Shown here: positions 8,379-17,500 of the stretch, in pieces | How the letters are laid out: each line of letters begins with the position of its first letter | Position numbering within the stretch: the stretch's first letter is position 1 | Source: a virus | Taxonomy: Duplodnaviria; Caudoviricetes | DNA length: 30,601 nt | Direction: 5' to 3' (one strand) | Virus record (IMG/VR): IMGVR_UViG_3300037157_000005 | Location: 1-30,601 of that record | Translations under genes and position numbers: made by a program | Notes under the pieces: model-generated | The model's input: only the letters and a program-made list of their open reading frames with translations | What the model was told of the DNA's origin: nothing | The model's database searches: none

Positions 8379-9614
8379 ATGAATGTGGATCTACATCCCA
8401 GCATCAACGTGCTCTCCCTCTGTTCCGGCTACGGCGGAATCGATCTCGGATTGCGACTCGCTCTCCCAGCTACTAGAACCATTTGTTACCTGGAAAGGGA
8501 GGCAACTGTCGCGCAAATCCTGGCTGCGCGTTTTGAAGACGGCGCCCTCGACGAAGCGCCTATTTGGTCGGACGTTAAAACCTTCGACGGCAAGCCGTGG
8601 CGCGGCCTCGTGGATATCCTCTGTGGCGGCTACCCGTGCCAGCCTTTCAGTTGCGCGGGCAAGCAGCTCGCCGAAAAAGACCCGCGCCACCTCTGGCCGC
8701 ACATCGCCCGCATCGTGCGCGAAGTCGAGCCCGAATGGGTCTTTCTCGAAAACGTCGATGCACATCTTCGACTCGGCTTCCATGAAGTCGCCGACGAATT
8801 GGAAGCGATGGATTACCGAGTTGCGTGCGGACTCTTTAGCGCGCAGGAAGTCGGCGCACCGCATCGGCGGCTCAGGCTATTCGCGTTGGCCCACCGCAAT
8901 GGCGCAGGATTGCGAAGCGGCGGGATCGAAAAGCAAGGGTTATCTGACAAGCGCCGCGCAGATGTGGCCCACCTCGAGGCAGGAAGACGCGGAGAGTTGC
9001 GGCAACCATCCAGGAGCGACGGACTCCTTAACGGGAGCATTGGCGCAATGGAAGACGCCCCACGGCATGTCGGGTCACGACAAGTCGGGCAAGGTAGCGG
9101 GCGGGGGCGGGGAATTCGCCAAGCAGGCACTCAGTTGGCAGACGCCGGCGACGGACTCATTCCGCTCTCGCGGCGGAGACCGGGTGGACGAACCGGGATT
9201 GGACCAGCAAGCGCGGCAGTGGCCGACGCCCAAGGCTTTGACCGGCGGAGCCAATTCGCAGCGGCTGAAACGGCGACGGAACGGCAAAGGCGGCCCGGGA
9301 GGCACGGACCTTCAGGAATCCGCGGAACAATGGCCGACACCTCAGAGCCGCGACTTCCGCTCGACCGTAACGGGCGATATAGCGAAGCAGAACAGCCGTC
9401 CGCTCTCGGAAGCGGTTGGGCATTTCCCCCAGGACCAAACGACCTACCAGGGTGGCAAGAGTTGCTTGCCGTATGCCCGCAGGTTGAACCCGCTATTTGT
9501 CGAGGCTTTGATGGGATTACCCCTCGGGTGGACCGATTGCGGGCACTCGGCAATGGCGTCGTTCCGCTCGTGGTTGCGCACGCATACCGCACTCTTAGAC
9601 GCGCTTTCGACTAA
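8379..9614 (+). CDS. C5 cytosine DNA methyltransferase, catalytic polypeptide
   Basis: Motif I LSLCSGYGG, IV GGYPCQPFS, VI LENV, VIII PHRRLRLF, X RLRALGNGVVP; motif IX not visible in this frame. Confidence 0.92.
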   Translation: MNVDLHPSINVLSLCSGYGGIDLGLRLALPATRTICYLEREATVAQILAARFEDGALDEAPIWSDVKTFDGKPWRGLVDILCGGYPCQPFSCAGKQLAEKDPRHLWPHIARIVREVEPEWVFLENVDAHLRLGFHEVADELEAMDYRVACGLFSAQEVGAPHRRLRLFALAHRNGAGLRSGGIEKQGLSDKRRADVAHLEAGRRGELRQPSRSDGLLNGSIGAMEDAPRHVGSRQVGQGSGRGRGIRQAGTQLADAGDGLIPLSRRRPGGRTGIGPASAAVADAQGFDRRSQFAAAETATERQRRPGRHGPSGIRGTMADTSEPRLPLDRNGRYSEAEQPSALGSGWAFPPGPNDLPGWQELLAVCPQVEPAICRGFDGITPRVDRLRALGNGVVPLVVAHAYRTLRRAFD

Positions 9615-9642
9615 CGCGCAAGACGTACCGATAGCCGCATGA
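8383..9642 (+). CDS. Overlapping +1-frame partner polypeptide of the C5 MTase (TRD-like repeats plus motif IX)
   Basis: 419 open codons; six W-x-T-x repeats (WPTA, WPTS, WKTP, WQTP, WPTP, WPTP) and RRLNPLFVEALMGLPLGWT; ATG 4 nt after first ATG; TGA overlaps ATG 9639. Confidence 0.8.
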   Translation: MWIYIPASTCSPSVPATAESISDCDSLSQLLEPFVTWKGRQLSRKSWLRVLKTAPSTKRLFGRTLKPSTASRGAASWISSVAATRASLSVARASSSPKKTRATSGRTSPASCAKSSPNGSFSKTSMHIFDSASMKSPTNWKRWITELRADSLARRKSAHRIGGSGYSRWPTAMAQDCEAAGSKSKGYLTSAAQMWPTSRQEDAESCGNHPGATDSLTGALAQWKTPHGMSGHDKSGKVAGGGGEFAKQALSWQTPATDSFRSRGGDRVDEPGLDQQARQWPTPKALTGGANSQRLKRRRNGKGGPGGTDLQESAEQWPTPQSRDFRSTVTGDIAKQNSRPLSEAVGHFPQDQTTYQGGKSCLPYARRLNPLFVEALMGLPLGWTDCGHSAMASFRSWLRTHTALLDALSTNAQDVPIAA

Positions 9643-10985
9643 TGCCCCTCGTCCGCTATAGCAACCGCATTGTAACCAGCCCCGAACCCTTCGGCATGGA
9701 TGTAGGACTCACCACCGTGGCGGCCGTCAACGCGATCGCCGGCAGCGGCGGCTTGCTGGAGGCGGCTGGCTGGACGCAAGGACCGTTTCCAGGCGGTAGC
9801 TATGCGACCGCGCATTTCAATTTCCCCTTCGGCGTTCCAGGTCTGAGCTTCGGCATTCCGGATTTCGAGGTCGATGCCGTCTGGTATCGGTACGTCGCGG
9901 GCGGCACGCCTGGCCATCCGACGCTGAGCGGCGGCGTGGTCACCGTTCCGCTGGGCAGCGACTCCGACGACGCCACCGCGGCCGCGCTGGTGGCGGCAGC
10001 AGTCACACTGTTCTCGCAGTGGACCGCCACAGCCAATATGACCGGCGCGGCGTCGTTCACGCTCGATCTCAAAGCGAAGACCACCGGCACAGGCCCCAAC
10101 GATTCGATATTCGGGTACAACGCCGAAAATTGCGTGCTCACGAGCGCACCTTCGGGCGGCTCTTGCACCTGGTTGTCGCAGACAAACCCAGCCGGCTCGC
10201 AGATCCAAATCAGTCTGATCGCCGGGCCGAGTGAGTTCGGACTGACGAACTGCTCCATCCTGCTGACCTTTCCGGCGCCGCTGGGCGGCGCGCAGCCCGC
10301 TTACACCTGGGTGCTGGCGGCCCGCGGCGCCTGGAATTTCTGGGCCGATCCGTACTCGCTCTGCTTTTGGATGATGCCGGGATCGAGCGGAGAGTCCGGC
10401 GACCCGTATCCGGCGCACACGTTCTTTTTTGCCGGCGTCCCGCGCAACACGCAGGTGACTTATGGCGCGCTACCTTACGGCGGCATTTCGCAGGCCTTTG
10501 CGCACTGGGATCCAAACCAGACGCTGATCGCGAACTACACCCCCGGCGTCGACGAGCTGAACGGAGTTTTCACCACCGGCGTTCCGAACTGCGCGATCGC
10601 GGCGCCGTCGATCGCCAGCTACGAGCTGGACGGCAAGGGAGCGGTCGATCCCATCGTCTCCGGACACGTCGGCTTGCCGATCCTGCTGCCGGCGCGGCTG
10701 GGACTTCCATTTCCCGGTGGCTATGGCGGCGCCATCACCACTTACGTGGTCGGCCAACTTTACGATGCATTCGTCGCATGCGCGCAGTATCCGCTGGGTA
10801 CGGTGATCCCGTATGACGGCCACCAGTGGATTGCGATGCTTTCGCAACCCGGCGCGACCTTGTTCCTCTGCAGCGCGACGGCGGCCGGCGGTCCTTACGC
10901 GGTGGTGCCCTGGACAAGTGAGATCGGCGCGGGCGGCGATCCAGGCGGGGGCGGCGCGGCGGTGGTTGGGAATTTCGCTCTATAA
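9639..10985 (+). CDS. Putative virion structural protein, paralog B
   Basis: 448 aa G/A/T-rich; LEAAGW, GQLYDA, VGNFAL shared with 7370-8365. Confidence 0.8.
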   Translation: MMPLVRYSNRIVTSPEPFGMDVGLTTVAAVNAIAGSGGLLEAAGWTQGPFPGGSYATAHFNFPFGVPGLSFGIPDFEVDAVWYRYVAGGTPGHPTLSGGVVTVPLGSDSDDATAAALVAAAVTLFSQWTATANMTGAASFTLDLKAKTTGTGPNDSIFGYNAENCVLTSAPSGGSCTWLSQTNPAGSQIQISLIAGPSEFGLTNCSILLTFPAPLGGAQPAYTWVLAARGAWNFWADPYSLCFWMMPGSSGESGDPYPAHTFFFAGVPRNTQVTYGALPYGGISQAFAHWDPNQTLIANYTPGVDELNGVFTTGVPNCAIAAPSIASYELDGKGAVDPIVSGHVGLPILLPARLGLPFPGGYGGAITTYVVGQLYDAFVACAQYPLGTVIPYDGHQWIAMLSQPGATLFLCSATAAGGPYAVVPWTSEIGAGGDPGGGGAAVVGNFAL

Positions 10986-10996
10986 GGCGGCTTCAA

Positions 10997-11641
10997 ATGG
11001 GTCATTTTTTCGATATTGTCAAGAACATCACTAACGGCGGCAACCCGCTCGCGAACGCCGCGAATCCCATTACCGCCAGCGGCGCGGCGAGTCCAGCACC
11101 GACACCGCCGCAAGGGCTACAGGCGATCGGTCAGGGCATCTTAGGGTCGATAATGGGAGGCGCTCCGCTTCCCACCACGCTCGCTCAAACTATGGATGCG
11201 GGACAAGCGGCCGCGACGCCGGCAGGAGCGGTGGCCACCGCTGGGCAACCGGCGGCAGCCGTCCCGGCAGCAGCGCCACCGGCCACGGTCCCCGCACCAG
11301 CGCCAGAGACGGCGACGGCCACCACGCCCCTAAGTTCAGTCATGTCGGTTGGAACGCCGCCAGCCGTACAGTCACAGCCGGCCGCGATCTCTCAACAAAT
11401 GCCCAGCGCCGCGAACTACCTGGCACAGCAAATCGCGAACGCCCCGCCTCAGCAGCAAATAGAGCCGACCATCGACGATTTCTTCCGAAGGCTCTCCGCC
11501 GCGGGCGGCGCCTATGCGGGTGTCGGCCAGGGAGCCCAGCAAACCCAGCAAATGCAGGGATTGACTGGCCCGCGGCCCCCCGCCCCTAGCACCGAAGTCA
11601 ACAGCCCACACGATGCGCGCTTGATGATGGGTCTGGCTTAG
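10997..11641 (+). CDS. Low-complexity A/P/Q-rich hypothetical protein
   Basis: Fills gap exactly; TAAGG SD-like upstream of ATG; no recognisable domain. Confidence 0.65.
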   Translation: MGHFFDIVKNITNGGNPLANAANPITASGAASPAPTPPQGLQAIGQGILGSIMGGAPLPTTLAQTMDAGQAAATPAGAVATAGQPAAAVPAAAPPATVPAPAPETATATTPLSSVMSVGTPPAVQSQPAAISQQMPSAANYLAQQIANAPPQQQIEPTIDDFFRRLSAAGGAYAGVGQGAQQTQQMQGLTGPRPPAPSTEVNSPHDARLMMGLA

Positions 11642-12094
11642 GTGCTCTTTGAGAGAACGCGCAATTACGAACTGGTGCGGCGCATCATGGTCGAGCCGCA
11701 TAACTGGCGCGCGGGCGCCGACGACTTCTCGCCGTCAGCCGCGGACTTCGACCCGCTCCGTCATCTGGACTACATATCTGTATACGACGGCGGCGAGCTG
11801 CTTGGCCTGTTTGTGCTCCTCTGGCACTCTCCGATCCTGGTCGAGATCCACACCCGCCTGCTGCCCATCGCGCGCGGACGCGCGCGCGCGGCGCTCGACG
11901 GAATGCTCGCCTGGATCTGGGAACACACCGGCGCGCATCGTATCGTGACGTCCATCATCCAAGGCAACCGGCTGGCTCTGAAACTCGGACGCGATACGGG
12001 ATTCACGGAGTACGGGATTAACGTACAGAGCTGCCTGAAGAACGGCCTGTATCGGGATCAGCACCTACTCGGCATCACCAAACCGACTTACTAA
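11642..12094 (+). CDS. GNAT-fold protein, P22 gp14-like
   Basis: EIHT-LLP-ARG...W--I...N--A-KL----GF---G----S--KNG---DQ-LLG; sits just before ejection genes as gp14 does. Confidence 0.82.
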   Translation: MLFERTRNYELVRRIMVEPHNWRAGADDFSPSAADFDPLRHLDYISVYDGGELLGLFVLLWHSPILVEIHTRLLPIARGRARAALDGMLAWIWEHTGAHRIVTSIIQGNRLALKLGRDTGFTEYGINVQSCLKNGLYRDQHLLGITKPTY

Positions 12095-12118
12095 CTCTTC
12101 GCAGAAAGAGGCAATCAT

Positions 12119-13099
12119 TTGTCACTCATCACCGGCGTCATTTCGGGCATTCAAGGGGCATCCGCGGCCCACAACGCAGCGAACGCGCAAGTCAAAGGCT
12201 ACACCAGCGCCGCGGGAGACGTGAACGCGGCCGTCACGGCGGCCAACCCCGGCATTACCAGCGCGGCCCAGGCGGCCGGCGCGGGCGTAACTGGCGCGGC
12301 CTCCCAAGCGGCGACCGGCGCGACGGCGGCAGCCAATACAGCCATCGCGGGCGTGAGCCCATACACCTCGGCGGGGGCCAACGCCACCCAAACACTGGGC
12401 GGCATGATGGCGCCCGGCGGCCAGCTCAATACGCCGTTCAACGCGTCCATGATGGCGCAGTCGGATCCCGGCTATCAGTTCCAGGAGCAGCAGGGCCAGA
12501 ACGCTCTCGCGCGTTCGGCGGCGGCCTCCGGACTGACCGGCTCGGGCGGCACGCTCAAAGCGGCCATGCGCTACAACCAGGACTACGCCAACACCGCGTA
12601 TAACAACGCCTTCAATCAATACCAGACCCAGAACACCAACACCTTTAACCGTCTTTCGACGGTCATGGGGATGGGTCAGCAGGCTGGCGAGTACGCGGGA
12701 AATGTCGGGACGCAAGCGGCGCAATATGGCGGGAACATCAACACCGGCGCGGCTCAATACGCCGGGACGCTGAACAACACGGCGGCCGACAATGTGGCGA
12801 ACAACCAGATTCAGGCCGGCGTTTACAGTGGCAACGCGGCCATCGGCGCGGGAAATGCGACCGCTCAGGGCGATATGAACGCCGCCAACGCCTGGAACGG
12901 CATGCTGAACGGCGTAGGCAGCTTCGCCAACACCGCCATGATGGGCGGCTTTTCGGGTGGAGGGAGCACGCTCGGCGGAATGATGGGATTCGGCGGCGGT
13001 GGTCCCAACGCCAACACGCCGTACTTCAATCCGGCCACCGGGGGCGCCTACGGCTCGACGCCGGCGCCTCCCGCATCCAACACCGGAACGATGAACTAG
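12119..13099 (+). CDS. DNA ejection/transfer protein, gp7-like
   Basis: A/G/N/Q-rich; PY--AG--A and DPGYQF---QG--AL--SAAA-G---SG-TLKA---Y-QDYA motif; AGAGG SD before TTG. Confidence 0.82.
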   Translation: MSLITGVISGIQGASAAHNAANAQVKGYTSAAGDVNAAVTAANPGITSAAQAAGAGVTGAASQAATGATAAANTAIAGVSPYTSAGANATQTLGGMMAPGGQLNTPFNASMMAQSDPGYQFQEQQGQNALARSAAASGLTGSGGTLKAAMRYNQDYANTAYNNAFNQYQTQNTNTFNRLSTVMGMGQQAGEYAGNVGTQAAQYGGNINTGAAQYAGTLNNTAADNVANNQIQAGVYSGNAAIGAGNATAQGDMNAANAWNGMLNGVGSFANTAMMGGFSGGGSTLGGMMGFGGGGPNANTPYFNPATGGAYGSTPAPPASNTGTMN

Positions 13100-13109
13100 G
13101 AACCCCACC

Positions 13110-14570
13110 ATGCCATTCGATACCAACGTCGCGCAGCCCGACCGGCTGCAACTGCAGATGCCGCCGATGCCCGACCCGCTCGATGCGGCGACGAAGATCC
13201 TCACGCTTCGCAATCTGACCCAGCAGGGACAAACGCAGGCCGCGCAGTTGCAGGGCCTCCAGATGGAGAACCAGCAGCGTCAACTGCAGCTCCACGATCA
13301 GCAGTATCTTTCGACCAACCTGCCGAAGATGTATAGCGATCCGCAATACCAGGACCAGCAGGGCAACGTGGACTTCGGCAAGATCGCGCGCGCGGTGGCG
13401 CCCAACGTCTCTCTGGCGACGGCGCAATCGATGTACAAGGGCGTGCTGGAGAATCAGAAATCGGTGGCCGAGATCACCAAGGCGCGCGCCGACACGTCGA
13501 AGACCAACCAGGAAATCCAGGCCAACGACGGCGACATGCTGGCGGGCGCGGCCTCGCGCTGGAAGACCGACGCCAACGGCAACTACAACACCGCCGCCAT
13601 CGGTTTCGACCTCGACCAGTTCCAACGCAGCCATCCCGAATACGGGCCGCAGCTCGAGCAGCTTCGCCAGCACCTTTCCGACAATCCCGACCAGATCGAG
13701 CAGACCGTCAACGGGATCATGGGCGGCGCGAAAGCCGACCGCACCCGCGCCAATGCCATCGCACTCGACGCGCAGAATACCGCCGCGCGCCTGAAGGCGA
13801 CCATGCCCGGTCTGATCTCCGACGAAGAGGCGAAGCAGAAGGGTGCTATCGCGGGCACGCTCGCCAACTCGCGCAACTCCGCCGACTATCAGCAAAACCT
13901 CTCGATGCTGAATGCCCGCGCCAACGATCCGGCGAACCCAAACCCCGGCGCGGCTCCGCAAATTCCGTTCGATCCGCAATCGCTGTTCGACCAGAATGGC
14001 AACTGGAAGCCGCAGGCCCAGCAGTACGTCCGCAACTGGGGACTCACCGACGAACAGCAGCAGTCCGCCATCAACGCGGCCAAGGTTCGCACGGATGCCG
14101 AAGCGGCGCAAGCGGGCGTCGCCAGCGGCCGCGCCGAGACGGCCCGTCACGATCGCGTGGTCGAAGGCCAGGGCCAGGACCGCATCGACAATTCGACGGC
14201 CGCGCAGAATCAGGCCGTCCAGCAGCAGCTCTCCCGCGCGCTCGCCGACGATACCTCGCACAGCCCCGCCAACGCTCTCCGCAACGTACAGCAGTTTTAC
14301 CAGAACGACGACGCCATGGATGCGGTGCGCGGTAAAGTCGTCACCGCCCTGCAAAACATGGTCAACCCTCCGAAGGGCAGCGGCGGCGCGAATGGCGCGC
14401 TCGCGACCCTCGCCGCCATGGGTAAAGGCAAGAAGCCGCAACCGGCGCAGGCTTCCGGCGGCAACGCCGCGGCGGCCACCCCGGCCCCGGCGCAACCGCA
14501 GCAGCCGAATGCCGTACCCAGCGCCAGCGATTACATCAATAACCTCCAGAAACGCCGCAAGCAGCAATAA
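13110..14570 (+). CDS. Probable DNA ejection protein (gp20 position)
   Basis: Q/A/N-rich helical protein following gp7-like gene; AGGA SD; E--RHDR--EG motif. Confidence 0.7.
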   Translation: MPFDTNVAQPDRLQLQMPPMPDPLDAATKILTLRNLTQQGQTQAAQLQGLQMENQQRQLQLHDQQYLSTNLPKMYSDPQYQDQQGNVDFGKIARAVAPNVSLATAQSMYKGVLENQKSVAEITKARADTSKTNQEIQANDGDMLAGAASRWKTDANGNYNTAAIGFDLDQFQRSHPEYGPQLEQLRQHLSDNPDQIEQTVNGIMGGAKADRTRANAIALDAQNTAARLKATMPGLISDEEAKQKGAIAGTLANSRNSADYQQNLSMLNARANDPANPNPGAAPQIPFDPQSLFDQNGNWKPQAQQYVRNWGLTDEQQQSAINAAKVRTDAEAAQAGVASGRAETARHDRVVEGQGQDRIDNSTAAQNQAVQQQLSRALADDTSHSPANALRNVQQFYQNDDAMDAVRGKVVTALQNMVNPPKGSGGANGALATLAAMGKGKKPQPAQASGGNAAAATPAPAQPQQPNAVPSASDYINNLQKRRKQQ

Positions 14571-14588
14571 GGCTCTCCTCCCTTCTCC

Positions 14589-17500
14589 ATGGCCGACAAT
14601 CTGACCCCGCAAGACGCTCTGAGCGATCCGCAGTTTTACCAACTGCCGCATGAGACGCGCGTCGCCGTGCTCCAGCAGCTCGATCCGGACTTCGGCAAAC
14701 TGCCGAGCGAGGAGCAGGGTAAGGTCATCGCGTGGGGTTACTCTCAACTTCCCTCGTCTCAGGCCACCCTGCGGCCCAGCCAGAACGTGCCTCGCCCCGG
14801 CGAGAGCTATGGACAGACTGGCTCATCGGTCCACGCCGGCAACGTGCCTTTGTTGACCGAAGACGAACCGCAGCCCACCACGGCCCCCGGCATCCTGCCC
14901 CCGGCCGCTGGAATGCCGCGCGCCGGCGCAGCGCAGCCCGCACTGCCCACCGAACTGCAAGCCAATCCCGCCCCCGTGATGGCCCGCCACGGCCGCGGCC
15001 AGGTGGAGGCTCCGGTCCCGCAGCCAAACCCGTACAACCCGCTCGACTCGCCCGCGACCGGCGTGCAGCAGATGGTCACTGGCGTGGAGCAAAGCGCGGA
15101 ACCCATCGGAGCAGCCGCGCACGATGCCATGCGGCAGAGCTACCAAGATCCGGTAGCACTCACACCGGAATTGACGCGCCAGGGCGCGGGCGCGGCCTAC
15201 AAGATCGGATCGGGCGCGCTGCAGGCCGCCGCTCCTCTCATGATTCCCGCCGGCATCGCGGCCCAGCCGCTCAAGGCCGCGGCAACCCTCGGTATCAGCA
15301 TCGCCGGAACGGAAGCCACCAGCCATGGGCTGAAAGCGGCGGGCGTCCCGGACGAGTACGCCGACCTCGCCTCCCTGGTGTTCGGCGTTTGGGGAGCGGG
15401 CGAATTCAGCAAGATCGTCGGCGGCGAGTTTCCGCCCGAGATCACACCCGAAGCGAAGGCCCTGGCGCAACAGACCGGCGGCATTGCCTCGCCCGACGTC
15501 ACCCCCGCGCAGGCGGCGACCATGGCGGAACACATGCGCGGCGCAGGGCATCCCCTGGCGGCGAACGCCTGGGACAAGCTCAACACCTCGAAACCGCTGC
15601 CGCTGATCGTCGACGGCCAGCCCGCGCTGCTGCACCCGCCCGAGTCCGCGCCGACGTCCACCAGCATCCAGAACCCCGACACGCCATGGAACAGCCCCAC
15701 GCCCGTCGTCACGGGCCGCATGCCCGCTGTGCGCGTCACCGATCTCGCCGGTAACACCATCCACCTCGATACCGTGAGCGGCATCGATGGCTGGCTACGG
15801 CAGAAAGGCGTCATCGGCGATATTCCGCCGCAGCGCCCCGCCATCTTCGGCACGCCCTCGCAGGGCCTTTCACCCGAAGCGGAGGAAGGTATCGCTGCTC
15901 TCGGCCAGGAGCAGCAGTACATCCAAACCGCCGCCGGCCGGGTCAAGCTCCCAGACTGGTGGCAGCAGGCCATCCAAGACAACATCGCGGAAGTCCGCGC
16001 CGCCCAGGCGCAGCACGCCGTCAACCCCACGGCCCCCGCCGCGCCGCGCCCCATCGACACCTCGGGAGTCGCCGGCACGCCCGAAAACGCGCCACAGGTC
16101 ACACCAGCAGCCCCGCCAGCGAATCCGCAGGAAGCGCCTGGACCTACCGCACCCCCCGAAACCGTTCCCCCTGTTCCCACTCCACGGCCGCACGTCGCCG
16201 CGGCGAACCCCGCCGCCGGCTATCCGACCGGCGACACCGGCACGGTGAAGACCGCCGCCGGCACGCGCGCCGATTACCAGTGGGCATGGCTCCCGCGCAC
16301 GCAGGTTTTGGGCTCGCACGACGCGCAGGGCAACCCCAACCCGGATTTCCCGCAAGCCATTCAGCCGCGCGATCGCTCGCGCGATGCGCTCCAGGCCCAG
16401 GTCCAGCACATCGCCGCATCGCTCGACAACGAACAGACCGGACCCGACCCCATGGCGGATCGCGGCGCGATGCTGGTCGCGCCCATGTCCTCTCTGGGCC
16501 AGCCCAACGATCCGCGCTTCGCCACCGTATCGGGCAACGGCCGCAAGGCCGCTTTCGATCAGCTCGCCTCGACCGGCCATCCGAATTGGGACGGCTACCA
16601 GCAGTATTGGGCGGATCACGCCGAGGACGTGGGCGTCGATCCCAACCAGGTGCTTTCCAATCCGGACGGCATCATGACCCGCGTGCTGGTCCCGCATAAA
16701 AACCTCGACCTCGCGCGCTTCGCCGCCGAAGCCAACCAGGACGACAAAGCGGCCATGTCTCCCGTCGAACAGGCGAAAGCCGACGCCGCACGGCTCGCGC
16801 CGATTATGCCGCTGTTCCAGGCTGCGGAGAATGGCGAGATCATCCACCCCGGCAACCGCGATTTCATTCGCGCCTTCATGCAGGGCCTTCCCACAGGCGA
16901 GCAGGCCGGCTTGCAGACCCGCGACGGCCAGCTCTCCCAGGCTGGCGTCACGCGCATCCGCAATGCCGTGTTCGCGCACGCTTACGGCGCCGACACCGCC
17001 GCGCTCGAAAAGCTGGCCGAGTCTCCCGACTCCAATATCAGGAATATCACGAGCGGTATGTTGCAGGCCGCGCCCGCGTTCGCCTCGATGCGCCACGGCG
17101 TCGCGAGCGGCACGCTGTATCCCGGCACCGACCTCGCGCCCGACGTGTCGGCCGCCGCGGCGAAGCTCTCCGCGCTGCGCGAGAGCGGACAGACGATACC
17201 CGACTACCTGAAGCAGCAGGGATTGTACGGGCCGGAACTCACGCCCGAAGCTAAGATGCTGTTGCAGGCGTTCCACGCGCACCGCGCGAGCGCCAAGCGC
17301 ATCGGCGCCATTCTGAAGAACTACGCGGCGGCCGTCGAAGCCGCCGGCGATCCGAAACAGCAAGGCATGTTCGGCGTGCAAAGCGCGCCGACGAAAGGTG
17401 AATTACTTGAAGCCGCCATCCATCTCGCAGCCAAAGAACCCATCGCTCCCGTCGTCGAGCCAGGAACACAACTACTTCCCGTCGAACCGGCCGGCAATGG

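Noticed and set aside
3453-12094. In-frame stop-start abutments (3704/3705, 4421/4422, 11641/11642) suggesting stop-codon recoding
   Set aside because: Two are TAA and one TAG, each downstream gene is a complete homolog with its own start, and all three stops end genes normally; translational coupling is sufficient
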